NCBI GenBank assembly: GCA_964016885.1
Contig: OZ024749.1
Location: 38,316,001 to 38,380,000 of the forward strand
Length of the DNA stretch: 64,000 bases
Direction of reading: 5' to 3'
Origin: Eledone cirrhosa
Taxonomy: Eukaryota
Shown here: piece by piece, positions 13,839 through 26,932 of the stretch
Position numbering within the stretch: position 1 is the first letter of the stretch
How the letters are laid out: each line of letters starts with the position of its first letter
Program-made: the position numbers and the translations under genes
Notes under the pieces: model-generated
Seen by the model: only the letters and a program-made list of their open reading frames with translations
Database searches by the model: none
What the model was told of the DNA's origin: nothing

Positions 13839-14345
13839 CAAGAAAATGTAAACGCGTGAATGATCAATAGCTCAAAATAAGGTCCGTAAAAATGTACAGG
13901 TTAGATATTTAAACTATATTTAAAACAGAGATAGAAAAATAAAGATAGAGAAATAAAGGTCTGGATCAAAGTTAATAATATCCAAAAAGCCATATGTTAT
14001 GTATATCAACGTGCCAGCTTGTTATTAAACAACTGTCATTCATTCAAACATTATTTCCTTTATAGATGGTTAGAGGATAAAGCAATATTAAAGTTTTATA
14101 AGCCGTTAAGATTTATATTTTCAACAGTTGATGATGTTCGTCTAAAAACAAGGCTTGGTTGCTTACTGTTTTTTCCTGGTCTTATGCGAGGCTTGGAATG
14201 TAGACAAGGCTTTATGAAGGCAGTTTCAGAATAATTCACTTTTTTTGTTAATTAAGTTCTAATAATTATTAATAATCAAAAGGGTCTCCATTGTACAAAG
14301 CGCGCAGTTACTTGATATACTTGAGTTGCGGTAAACTCCACTATT

Positions 14346-14404
<59 letters not shown>

Positions 14405-14413
<9 letters not shown>

Positions 14414-14552
14414 TAAACGGAATAGAAAATGCTGACAAATTGTTCACAGTTGAAAAATGGTTTAATTAGGAATAAAAGAGTATTAGTGATTGTATGGGTT
14501 AGTATTCAGTTGTGGTTTTAAGTTTTTAAGTTTTTACCGGTTGCGCATTTCT
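14405..14552. mobile_element. Family G fragment between (TA)n tracts
   Basis: Essentially identical to 49451-49598. Confidence 0.8.
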
Positions 14553-14762
14553 ATATATATATACACATATAGGTATATATAAATATATATATATACCAAA
14601 GAGGTCCGACAAGCAGTTCACTACAGAGTTGGGCTAGTTCGATGCAGATCGAACCTTGAGCTGATCAATAACGAAACGCTGGTCACTAACCAATAAACGT
14701 AATGAAGGAGTAAGACCATAAATTTAACACAGTCGACTGATTACCGTCGTTCCGTCTGGATA

Positions 14763-14832
<70 letters not shown>

Positions 14833-15084
14833 TTTGTGTGTGTGTGTGTCTATGTTCGACTGAATATGGGTGTACGTCTCTCTGCTTGCTTCTGTTACTA
14901 TGGATTTTACCATAAAGCGACTAGAAGTCTGTTGGATGTTTACGTATATTACATATGTGTGTGTTTATGTATAGGTCACTGTGTGAATGTGTGTGTGTGC
15001 GTCTGTGCGCGAGAGTTTACGTGTCTGAATCAATGTGTTTGTGTGTGTACTTGCATTAAGATAACTATATTTTCATTATATATA

Positions 15085-15268
15085 TGGATTGGTTATATCG
15101 GTAGAGGGTCGGACGCCATGCTTTGACGCAAAGAGTTACGGCCCTTTCCATTCTGAGTTCAAATCCCGCCGGGGTTAACTTTGTCTTTCATCCTTATGGG
15201 GTCGATAAAATAAAGTACCAGTAATACACTGAATAATTGCTGGCCTTGTGCCAAAAGTAGAAACAATT
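15085..15268 (+). mobile_element. tRNA-derived SINE with ATTATATATAT target-site duplication
   Basis: Box A/B and family body. The paralogous site at ~12000 lacks it. Confidence 0.85.
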
Positions 15269-15333
15269 ATATATATATCAACGTGCGTAAACACACACGC
15301 CTATAGACCAGCATATATATATATATATCATAT

Positions 15334-15669
15334 GACTTCAAGACCCGGCTATACCAACACAGACATACTTTCCGAAACCCGGCCCGGCGTCACGCCACCA
15401 CACTTTCGGGCCACATCTGGGACCTCAAAGATAACAATATTACCTATGATCTCACTTGGAGCTTACTCTCCAGAGCCAACTCTTACACGGGAGGACGCGG
15501 TCTGTGCAATTTATGCTCGGAGGAAACTTTACAAATGCTGTTTTCGACGGACCAGCTCCTAAACAAGAAAGACGAACTGGTAACTGCATGCAAACACAGA
15601 TTGCGTAGGACTTACCTCGCCCTCAAACCCCATAATGACCCGGGGGGGGGGGGTAGACAAGGGCTGTAA
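15334..15669 (+). pseudogene. C-terminal GIY-YIG endonuclease region of a 5'-truncated Penelope-like element
   Basis: Open frame not in the ORF track: DFKTRLYQHRHTFRNPARRHATTLSGHIWDLKDNNITYDLTWSLLSRANSYTGGRGLCNLCSEETLQMLFSTDQLLNKKDELVTACKH..., with the R..H, LS.HIW.LK, CNLC, LLNK and CxH pattern of PLE (Naiad-like) endonucleases. Confidence 0.8.
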
Positions 15670-16125
15670 CACCCCACTTGCCGATTTTGTAATGGGTAAC
15701 TCCTGCTTGCTAACGTAGTCGTAAGATCTTCTTTTATATCTTTTTATCGTTTCCTCTATATTTCCTTCTTACCCCCATCCCTTCCTAGTCCTTCCTCCGC
15801 AGTCCTCCTTCTCTGTCGTCGTCCTTTTCACTTTCTCGCCCACCCGAGGCAGCCCCTCGGTCCTTTGTAGCCTCAGTATCCCCCACCCCCATCCCCTATT
15901 CTATGATAGAATTGGCCGACTCCGCTTTTTATAGCAGATGTGATAGACCCCAGATACTTGCTTTCTTATCCGATGGCTGCCCCATTTCCGTGCATTCTAC
16001 AATTCTTAGTGACCTCTTCAGTGACCTCTTCAGTGACTTGGGATTCTTTTCTTTGTTTTTGTGCCTCTCCTTTGTTCTGTCCTACGCCATCTTGTTTTTG
16101 TGTGTCAACAAAGAATAGAATCCCC

Positions 16126-16170
16126 AGTCACTGAAGAGGTCACAGAATGTGTGACGAAAGAACTTTGACA
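16126..16170 (+). ncRNA. Minimal type-I hammerhead (family B)
   Basis: GUCA-CUGAAGA-G-GUCACA-GAAUG-UGUGAC-GAAAG-AA-CUU/UGAC. Confidence 0.75.
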
Positions 16171-16414
16171 ATATATAAACAATCATCTGGTTGTGGAACC
16201 AACCAACCAACCGGAAATTTATAAATTCTTAAATTTATAAATTCTTAAATTTATAAATTTATTATAATAAATTGAAGTGAAAGCAACTGGTGCGTGTGTT
16301 TCTTATTGGCAACATGACCCTCCCAAAGTATAACAATATCGCTTTCAACACACGTTTTCAGATAAAGAATCTTGCTAAACAAATTCAGAAACGAAATATA
16401 TATATATATATAAT

Positions 16415-16779
16415 ATAGTGGTGGAACACTGGAAGGTAATATCCGTTGTGGTAGAGCACTCAGTCCAAGGGACGAGTTAGGTAGAAGTGGTTACACAACA
16501 GTTAGGTCACCATACCGATAACAATTGTTTCACCTTCGCGGATCTTCAGCTCGGGATGTGTATGGTTATAGGAACAGGAGGGACAACCGTACGAACGCGC
16601 ATGCGCAGAAACTCGGTCACTTCACACAGGCAATAGTAGACTGCGTGCGGGGGGTGTAAGGGAGTGTTTTGGTTGAAAATAAAATTAAAAAATTAAAAAA
16701 TAAAATTACAAAGAATCAGTCCGGAGCCTTCCTGTCCCTATAACCATACACATCCCGAGCTGAAGATCCGCGAAGGTGA

Positions 16780-16785
<6 letters not shown>
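16415..16785 (-). mobile_element. Family A insert: full minus-strand copy plus inverted partial copy (arms 16524-16579 / 16730-16785)
   Basis: Minus HHR 16515-16554 CCGAG-CUGAAGA-UCC-GCGAA-GGU-GAAAC-AAUU-GUU/AUCGG. The plus copy at 16755-16785 stops at GAAACAAT and runs into (TA)n. Confidence 0.75.
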
Positions 16786-16848
<63 letters not shown>

Positions 16849-17394
16849 TATATATATTGATATTGATATATTGATATATTGATATATATATATATATTGC
16901 GTTGCGAGTACAACTATACAAACAAAAATACATATATACGCACATACACAGGAACCGCACTAAACTTACACTTACACAAATACACACAGACACAAGCACA
17001 CACACACACACACACATACCCCCCCCCCCCCACCCCCACACACACACACATGCACACACACACACATAGTGTACTCGAGCGTGCGTTCGTGTCTGTAATA
17101 ACAAATATATAAATATACACCCTATGTATACTCTTTTAGACACATACACACAGAGAAATATTTGTAAGAGGTTGAGCGACTACACTGATAAATTTAATAA
17201 CAATGTTTTTAAATATATTTTTTAATTAATTAATTAATCATCTACTAATGGAATAGCATTAGAAACATTAATTAATTAAACAATATTCACAATTAAATAC
17301 ATTTCTATTATTACCGCTGTCAATTGGTGCATGGAACAATCTTCTAATAGCTTACTCTTTTTGCTCATACTTCTCTCTTATTTGTTGTTATTAT

Positions 17395-17590
17395 TACTGG
17401 CAGTGAATTGGCAGTATCGGTAGAGGGTCGAACGCCATGCTTTGACGCATAGAGTTACGGCCCTTGCCATTCTGAGTTCAAATCCCGCCAAGGTTAACTT
17501 TCCCTTTCATCCTTACGGGGTCGATAAATTAAAGTACCAGTAATACACTGGGTAATTTGCTGGCCTTGTGCCAAAAGTAGTAACAATTAT
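17395..17590 (+). mobile_element. tRNA-derived SINE
   Basis: TGGCAGTATCGGTAGAG, GAGTTCAAATCCC, family body and tail. Confidence 0.85.
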
Positions 17591-18005
17591 ATAAACCACA
17601 AACCGAAATATAAAGGTGCATCTTCGTATCATTCGCATAGGAAAAATATAGTTTCCACTTTTCGCACATTTATAACTCACACGCACAGAGAGAGAGGGGG
17701 GTGACACACACATACACATAGCTATCTACATGAACAAAAACCTGCTGGAAGCACGATGCACTACATGAGAAGATGTATGTTTATGCATGTATGTCTGTAT
17801 ATATATATGTGTACCACTAATGTCCTCCTTTGCGAGTAACTTTCTTTTATAATTCTTTAATAATCTTTATTATACCCATTGTTACAGAACACAACATCTT
17901 AAATTCTCTTTGAATATGACACTATTGATAACAACAATAATATCAACATATCTTTATGATTGTTCTGTAGAATAGGAATTTAATTATATGTTTAAGCTTT
18001 GCCAA

Positions 18006-18052
18006 TGTTCCGATGATTCCAAACGGCTGTTTGGAAGAAACGATTGTCAGCA
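18006..18052 (+). ncRNA. Type-I hammerhead with CCGAUGA core variant (family C)
   Basis: UGUU-CCGAUGA-UUCCAAAC-GGCU-GUUUGGAA-GAAAC-GAUU-GUC/AGCA. Confidence 0.7.
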
Positions 18053-18088
18053 ATAAGATGTATTAAACATAGTTTTGATAATTCTGTA

Positions 18089-18160
<72 letters not shown>

Positions 18161-18161
18161 C

Positions 18162-18206
<45 letters not shown>

Positions 18207-18404
18207 CATATACATGCCGCTGTTGATTTAAAAAGGTATCTGGTGGCTATTTCATAACGTTGAAAATTTCAATGTGATGTTTAAATTCTTGCATACTTGC
18301 ATATTTTCATAATTATAAATATAAATATATAAATATATTTCCTAGTTTATATATATATATGCATATATATATATATATATATAGCTACCATCCATTATAC
18401 ACAA

Positions 18405-18830
<426 letters not shown>

Positions 18831-19116
18831 CATGGATGTATGTATGAAGGTGTGTGTGTATCTAATGTAAGCCAACACACACCAATATTTATACATATGA
18901 ATATATTCATTGTTTTTATACAATATTCTGAGATAATAGACGACAAAAAAATTCATATAAAGAAGTAATTTTTTTCATAAATTTCCAATATTCAAATTCA
19001 CCATTATTTGCATATTAAGCACATGGTGTATTTAAAGGTGTATGTATAAAATAGGCGTCCAGGTGTAAGTGTGAGTTGGGTATGGCTTACATTTATATAT
19101 ATCTATATCTATATAT

Positions 19117-19188
<72 letters not shown>

Positions 19189-19244
19189 TAGATATAGATA
19201 TATTGGGAGAGAAAGTGAGTGATAGATAGACAGATAGATTAAAA

Positions 19245-19322
<78 letters not shown>

Positions 19323-19604
19323 GTGGGGTTGTTTACCAGGTTGAACTGATTTCATGCCGCTCCATTTAATATTATCGTTGTTTTCAACATTTCAATATTT
19401 AAATTTTAACCTGAAAACTATCAACAATACTTAACATGTAGGCCATACATGTAAATCCTTACCCATTATTGATTAAATATTCATATTTACGTTCACTTGA
19501 TTAGTTCAGTCTCTACCCCAACACCATCCAATTAATTCCTTCGCTGTACTATATATTCTCTAGTTGGTTTCGTCCCTCTGCAGTTAAACTGAAAACATCC
19601 ATTA

Positions 19605-19792
19605 AGTAATTGTTTCTATTTTAGGCACAAGGCCAGCAAATTACCCAGTGCATTACTGGTACTTTATTTTATCGACACCCGTAGGATGAAAGGCAAAGTC
19701 AACCTCGGCGGATTTGAACTCAGATCGTAAAGGGGCGTAACTATGCTGGAAAGCATGGCGTCCGACCCTCTACCGATACTGCCAATCCACCG
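19605..19792 (-). mobile_element. tRNA-derived SINE
   Basis: Reverse complement of the family consensus. Confidence 0.85.
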
Positions 19793-19996
19793 TAATACGA
19801 GGTACCTATACTATTTTCTTCCACTTTAATCGAAGAGAATTAATATGTGATCTGCAAAAGCATCTTAGTCCTGATATGCTGGGACCCATAAACTTCGAAC
19901 TTAGTAATGTTAAACTCTTTTACAATCCTTCAGAATTTTAAACTCAATAGTTCTATATAAGAGGGGAGAGAGAGACAGATAGACAAATATAAATGA

Positions 19997-20038
19997 GCTC
20001 TACGGGAAATGTTTCGTTTCAGTGAAATCATCAGAAAA
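19997..20038 (-). ncRNA. Hammerhead-like motif (family D), in a duplicate of 7325-7480
   Basis: Minus strand: UUUU-CUGAUGA-UUUC-ACU-GAAAC-GAAAC-AUUUCCC-GUA/GAGC. Helix I is weak. Confidence 0.5.
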
Positions 20039-20107
20039 CGAATGATATTGTGACTCTCCACCGTTCGACTTCGGAAAAAACTATTATATGTATATGCATA
20101 TACACAT

Positions 20108-20143
<36 letters not shown>

Positions 20144-20194
20144 GCACGCACGTACACAAACTTACACACACTCATATGTCTATATATATATATA

Positions 20195-20247
<53 letters not shown>

Positions 20248-20459
20248 TGTGTGTGTGTAGAGGGGGGAGAAGAGACCGAGAAATAGGCAGGCAGAGAGAG
20301 AAAGTAATAGAGGGATCGGTCCAGTACTGAATAGGTTCTTTATTAAATGTATAAGAAAGGAATACCTCCCCAAAGAGATAGAATTTGAACACAGAACCTG
20401 AAGAATTGAAATAAATACCACAAGGCACTGACCAACATTCTCTATATCACAATATATCG

Positions 20460-20639
20460 TATTTTCGCGCTTCGAAGACGCCACTCTTTCCCTAAAATAA
20501 GTCTAATAACCTACCATGCGTCCTGGAGCCGAAGGTTGTTCATTTTCTTTTTTTTTTTTTTTTTTTTTTAAATTTTTGTTTGTCAAAATTAGGGTGCGTC
20601 GTCGAGAACGAGGCGTCGTCGGTTCCGGGAGATACAGTA
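20460..20639. mobile_element. Possible Tc1/mariner (pogo/Tigger-like) right end
   Basis: AAAATTAGGGTGCGTCGTCGAGAACGAGGCGTCGTCGGTTCCGGGAGATACAGTA resembles pogo-type subterminal repeats ending in CAGTA. Confidence 0.35.
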
Positions 20640-21479
20640 TTACTCTCAAGTACTTTCCAAGTTATTTTTAATTATTTATCAGGATCGAATGATGAAAAAA
20701 TCCAGTAGAACTCGACAAAACTTGAATACAGAAATCGAAGACCTGAGACCCGGATGGGAAACCACAAGACATTTTATCCGACACCCTCACGATTCAGCCA
20801 GTTCTCCCCCTCTATATATTCAGTCTATCCATCGGACAACCTTAAACCTAAATACATACTAATTCTTCCAGAGAAAGAAGAAGAAGAAGAAGAAGAAGAA
20901 GAAGAAGAAAATGAAAAAGAAAAAGAAGGAGGAGGAGAAGAGAGAGGGGTGAGAAAGAGAGATAAGGAGAGGACAGACAGACGTACAGAGAGTCAGAATC
21001 AATCCCAGTGCTGGAGTTGTACTGTTTTTTTCGACCTGGAAAAGGTGAAAGACAAAATTTACCTCAGTGAGATTTGAACTCACAGAACAAGAACAAATAC
21101 TATAAATCATTTTATCCGACTTTTAAACGAATCTGCCAATTTGCAGCCAAGTATCTCCGTTATATATATTATCTTAAAATAATAAACATTAAAATAGAAA
21201 TAAATAAGAAATTATGATCATCTATCCATCGATTAAAAATCGATTATATATCAATATAAGGATGTGTGGTAATTGAACATGTGAGATAAATGAGAGGCCA
21301 AAGACCTGTGAAATTGACCTTGTTAAACGAATGAGGCCAATGACCTGTGAAATATTTCATTGACTTAAATACTTTTACACCTAATTTTATCACCTAGGCT
21401 TCTAGCACATTTACATGACCCAGGTGTCAAATATTATAGAAAATTATTTTTCTTTCTCTTCCTCTTTGTTACAATTAAA

Positions 21480-23000
21480 TGACTTATAGTAATGTTCTTT
21501 AAATACCACACCGACTTAGAGACATATTCATTAAACACCAAATGTTTTGACATATATGTCAACCTTCAACCCCGAAATATAGAAATGTTCACCCACCTCT
21601 GCAAAAACTTTCCTATTCTATACAACGATGAAAAAATGTTTTTAAAATTCTAGAAACACATAAAATCATCTAAAGTAAAACACAGCCCAAAACACTAAAA
21701 CATATCCTTACTGGGGCAAAAAGTTACAAACAAATGTTACAAAATGCGGTAGAATAAATTGTGGTACCTGCATGTACCTAATTGAAGGACCAGAAATCAA
21801 ATTTAAGGATAAACAATCCTTCAGAATAAAAAAAACAATTTTGCCTGCAATTCTGAAAACTAATCTATGTTATTACAAGCTGTGGATCTCTGCAACATTC
21901 CATATGCAAAAGACTGATCATACACTTCAAAGAAATCCATGTGAAAAAAGCAAAACAAATCCCCTTAAGCAGTTACATTGCAGCAAGGGCAGGAATAAAC
22001 ATACCCGACTTCAAAATGTTCCCCTCTACAAATATTCAGACTCTTTCACTCAAGAACAGAGAATACATTTTCAAAAACTCATTAACAAATATAAACGACA
22101 ATCAAATATGTAATTGTTCCCAATTGGACAATAAATATTAATCTAAAGATAGGAATAACCAATTCACACACACCTGTAAACAAATCTATATATTTGCAAC
22201 ACACATACACCACAAGATGAAAGGAGAAAATCATACTTCCATGGAAACCTCTACTAAAAACCTTTTCCTTATCCTTTCACTCTTTCACTCTCTTATGTTT
22301 CCTTCAAATCCTCCAGAAACGAAACATTTGACTAATTATACCCCTACCCCCACTAAAAACGTCATTGTACTCATGTTTATACATATACTTGTATTTTTAT
22401 TTTATCTCCGGTCTTTCTTGTTTTCATATACAAAGGCCTAAAAATAAACTTGATGGAATTCTACGCAGACAAACACAGAAACACCACATAACATAACAAA
22501 CCGTTATCCACTCCTATCTATTTCCAGCTATTTTTTTCAAAGCCCTGAGCATAATTTGATCTCTTGACACACGAAAACATCACTTGTGTGCATATGGACA
22601 CAGAAATGACATCCAGTCTATTCTTTATGAATAGAAAAGGAATTTTCTATTCATATTTAGAAAATGTTTTAGTGAATCAACTGAAACCTGATCTGTTCAA
22701 CTCCACTTCCACCATCACCACTCCACCCTTCATAAAGAAAATATTTATGAGAAGATATTTGAACAGACATTTCACATATGTTCGAAGTGCCAAAGAATAT
22801 GAGAACAAACCTTTTTATTTGATAAGATTAACATACAAATCGAAACCGGCAATATTCGCCAAAATTTAGAATCATTTAATGTAACAATTATAAAAATATT
22901 CGTTCTGTCGGATTAAAGAAAAGGGAACCTTTAAATAAACCCCTGTGCTATTTCACTTTTTATTTTTAACCTATAATTTTGATTTGTATGGAACTTTTTT
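21480..23000 (+). mobile_element. Degenerate Penelope-like element 3' half (Zn motif, GIY-YIG, 3' pLTR)
   Basis: VTKCGRINCGTCMYL (Cx4Cx2C), then frameshifted CNSEN-LIYVITSCG and later LINKYK. Decayed HHR at 22815-22855. Ends near (TA)n. Confidence 0.7.
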
Positions 23001-23030
23001 CAATTATAAACACATGTATATTTATAAGCA

Positions 23031-23092
<62 letters not shown>

Positions 23093-23096
23093 TATA

Positions 23097-23508
23097 TACT
23101 TTACTGTATGGGTCTGAGACTTGGACACTGACCAAGAAACTCACTCAGATGGTGGATGGGTGCTACACGAGAATGCTGAGGATGGCTCTGAACATTAATC
23201 AGTATACACTGAGGTTGAAAAACTCAGAGCTGTATGGGAGCATCCCAAAAGTCAGCTCAAAAGTGACACAGAGGAGACTGAGGTTAGCTGGACATGCTCA
23301 CCGACATCCAGAGTTGACATTTCACTCAGTGCTCCTTTGGGAGCCCCTACATGGACTCACTAGAAGGGGAAGACCAAGGTTAACGAATGTTGATGCCCTA
23401 AGGACAGACACTGGTCTGTTGGAGACGCTGGACATGGCAGCGATAATGAGGGACAGAGACCGCTGGAGAGAACTCGTCCATGGATCTCGGGAATTTTACC
23501 CCGCCTTA
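23097..23508 (+). mobile_element. RTE-clade LINE 3' fragment
   Basis: LLYGSETWTLTK...RMLRMAL...RRLRLAGH...RRGRPR...DRDRWRELV, typical RTE C-terminus. Confidence 0.85.
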
Positions 23509-24149
23509 GAAGAATACTTTACTTACTGTGGTTACCTCCGATTGAACCCCGGTCTCATATATATATATATGTATGTGTGTGTGTTTGCCTGTCTCTCTGT
23601 GTGTATATGTGTTTGGTGTGCAGGTATATTTGAGTTTTGCCAAATGTGTGTGTGTATGTGTGTGTGTGTGTGTGTCTGTGTGTCTATGTCTGACCAAACA
23701 TTTCCATACTAATTTAGTAATGTTACCTTTACCATCTCTCGAAACTTTATCGAAATACAGTTTTGACCTACACTTGTCACTTTTCTACCTGGTGGTGGTG
23801 GTGGTGGGTGGTGGTAGTGTTGGTGTGAGTGGTGTGAGTGGTGGTAGTGTATGGTCTTCGTGATGGTGATGCTTTTGGTGATGTAGATGGTGATGGTGAT
23901 GACAATGAAGAGAAAGAAAAGCGGAAAGTAGTTTCGCAGGTATGAGTAAACTACCAGTTGTTGATCGGTAAATTTATCGAGTATCGATTAGATATCTATT
24001 GCTATTCATCTCTATCAATTCGTTTGGTTAACAGCAACGTTTATGCTAAGAAGGTCATACAAGAGTGTCAAACACACAATATCAGTTATGGAACTTTTAA
24101 CTGATCTCACATAGCCAACATGAAATTCCTTAATGTACAATGGTGTTTA

Positions 24150-24510
24150 ATTGCTTCGATCGAAAGAACTGTTGGGAAGGGGGAAGGTGTTATGTTTCAT
24201 GGCCCTTGGTTCGATCTAAAGAATTATTGGGAGGAGGGGGTTTCTATGCTCATGTCCTTCTTTCAATCGAAAGAACTGTTGGGAGGCGGAAGGCGCTATG
24301 CTCATGGACTGGCTTCGATCTCAAGAAACTACTAGGAGGAGGAAGGCGCTATGCTCATGGACTGGCTTCGATCTCAAGAACTATTAGGAGGAGGAAGGCA
24401 CTATGCTCATGGACTGGCTTCGATCTAAAGAACTGCTGGGAGGAAGAAGATTCTATGCTCATGGCCTTGGTTCAATCTAAAGAATTATTGAGAGGTAGGT
24501 GTTATGTGAT
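24150..24510. repeat. ~52-bp minisatellite, about 7 degenerate copies
   Basis: TCGATC(T/G)AAAGAA..GGAGG..AAGG..CTATGCTCATGG recurs at ~24156, 24211, 24263, 24315, 24368, 24420, 24472. Confidence 0.85.
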
Positions 24511-25039
24511 CATAGGTTTTTAGGCCTTCCCAAAACAGATGAGATCGGATATGGTTACATTTTCTATTGAATACTTGCAAATTCACTGAGTGGGCTGAGG
24601 CCCCTATCATTAAAACATTGGAGAAATCTTCTATGAGATACAATCTCGTAGCAGATTTATTTACAGCTGTGTGAGCTGTAACAGCAACAGCGTGACATTT
24701 ACTCTGGATATCTACGCTCTGTGTTCAAATCTCACCGAAGTCAGTTCTGAGATCGATTTAATCGAATTTCTCCTCCCCGCAAACTGCTGTTCCTATGCAA
24801 AAATTAGAAACCATTATTAGCATTATTATTGTTGCTGTTACTATTATTATTATCGTCATCATCATCAAAGTCATCATCATCGTCATCATCAGTATTAATT
24901 GAACAGTAATGTGTGACACATTAAAACATTGAAAATCATTAATGCTGGAACGAGAAATGAAAACAAATAATGTGTCGTTAAAATAAACATTATCAGGCAT
25001 CAGTGAGATATCAGGATAATGTAGGAGATGAGGAGATGC

Positions 25040-25111
25040 TTTATCATGTAGGGGGGAGATGGGAGAGAGGGGAGAGAGAGAAAAGGGGAGAGAGGAGGGG
25101 AAGAGAGAAAG

Positions 25112-25149
<38 letters not shown>

Positions 25150-25390
25150 AAGGAGCAGAAACAGAAAGATGAGAGAGATTAATGTAAACAGAGAGACAGG
25201 GGGAGGGAGAGAGAGAGGGGAGGGAAGAGAGACAGATACAGATAGCAAGTAACAGATACAGAAGGATGAGAGAGAAAGATGAGACAATGAGATATATAGT
25301 GAGAGAGAGGTAGAGTCCAATAGAAAAGAAAGAGAAAATGACAGGGTGAGAAAGACAGACTGAGAGAAAGTAAGAGAGAGAGAGAGGAGT

Positions 25391-25422
<32 letters not shown>

Positions 25423-25568
25423 AAGAGAGAGCAGCAGCAGCAGACAGTGAAGGAAAGTTGAGAGTGACCGACAGCCACAGAGAGAAAGAGAAAGAGAGTG
25501 ACAGAGCGAGAGAAAGGGGAAAGAACATGAAACAGCGAAAGAAAGAAATATGAAAGAGATAGGTAGTC

Positions 25569-25601
<33 letters not shown>

Positions 25602-25606
25602 GAGAG

Positions 25607-25641
<35 letters not shown>

Positions 25642-25696
25642 AGAGAGTCAGATAGAGACAGAGAGGAGAGACACGGGGAGAAGGGAGTGATGACAA

Positions 25697-25747
<51 letters not shown>

Positions 25748-25920
25748 CGAGAGGGGGGAGAGAGAGGACAGAGAGAGAGAGAGGACAGACAGACAGACAG
25801 ACAGACAGAGAGAGAGAGACAGAGAAAGAGAGTTTGAGAGAGAGTGTGTATGAGAGACAGAGAGGGAGATAGAGAAAGAGAGAGAGAGATAGAAAGAGAG
25901 AAAAAGGAGGAAGTTGTTTG
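25040..25920. repeat. (GA)n-rich polypurine tract (also 26420-26620)
   Basis: Direct reading. Confidence 0.9.
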
Positions 25921-26318
25921 AGCAAGAGAAGAGGCTTAAGTAGATTAGAATTCCAAGTTAAATGAATGTTTTTCCACATGAAATTTCGTCCAGAGGGTAA
26001 TTATAGAGATGGTTTCCATTTTCGCGGACATGATTTTACGTTTAGTTTTTACGTTATTCCTGCCTTTTTAATTTCATAACTGTTTTATTTTTGTTTGCTT
26101 TGAATTATCTGAACACTGCTTGCAGGAAATAATTATGTGCAGGAGAAATTTTGAATCCTAATATGACCTCCACTCCTCATCCACTTGTCAGTCCATTAAG
26201 AATGTACAATCAACATTATATACATATTGAAATACAATATATACAATGTGTAAACAAACATTCGCACTCCTATCCTAGGTCATATCCGTAATTGGAAAAG
26301 CCGAGCCTTCTCCCTTAC

Positions 26319-26400
26319 CGTCCTTCCTCCGGGATAACGCCTTCTCCATTCTGTCCGCCGGAGCTGTGGGGGCGGCCAGCACGTGCCAGCACGTGGGACC
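26319..26400 (-). other. Candidate 82-nt exon of an unidentified host gene
   Basis: GC-rich island. On the minus strand an AG acceptor follows a (CT)n tract and a GTAAGG donor follows the exon. No stops in any frame. Confidence 0.35.
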
Positions 26401-26532
26401 CTATTTGCTCACTATACAGAGAGATAGGTAGTCAGAGAGGTAGAAGAGAGTGACAAAGAGACAGACAGAGAGAGAGAGAGAGACAGACATAGAGAGAGAG
26501 AGAAGAGAGAGAGACAGAGAGAGAGAGAGAGA

Positions 26533-26577
<45 letters not shown>

Positions 26578-26591
26578 AGAGAGACAGAGAG

Positions 26592-26622
<31 letters not shown>

Positions 26623-26746
26623 TTTTAAGGGGAGAGAGTTGGGGGCGATGACGGTGGGAGTTCGATTCTTCCATGCTCGGACACCTGTCAACAGTGTAAT
26701 TTCATACTTGTATATATATATATTGTATTTCAATATGTATATATTT

Positions 26747-26932
26747 GGGAGCCCCTACATGGACACACTAGAAGAGGAAGACCAAGGTTAACATATGTTG
26801 ATGCCCTAAGGACAGACACTGGTCTGTTGGAGATGCAGGATATGGCAGCGATAATGAGGGACAGAGACCGCTGGAGAGAACTCGTCCATGGATCTCGGGA
26901 ATTTTACCCGCCTTAGATAGATTAGATAGATA
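26747..26932 (+). mobile_element. RTE LINE extreme 3' end with (TAGA)n tail
   Basis: Near-identical to 23337-23508, followed by TAGATAGATTAGATAGA. Confidence 0.85.

Larger units (their letters stand above)
15330..16396 (+). mobile_element. 5'-truncated Penelope-like element with 3' pLTR (family B) and a partial inverted pLTR (~16008-16108)
   Basis: GIY-YIG tail, HHR at 16126-16170, 3' end homologous to 53551-54154 and 58100-58460, bounded by (TA)n. Confidence 0.75.

Noticed and set aside
22945-23712. 255-aa ORF as a host gene
   Set aside because: It is a chance fusion of PLE 3' sequence, (TA)n, an RTE fragment and (TG)n.
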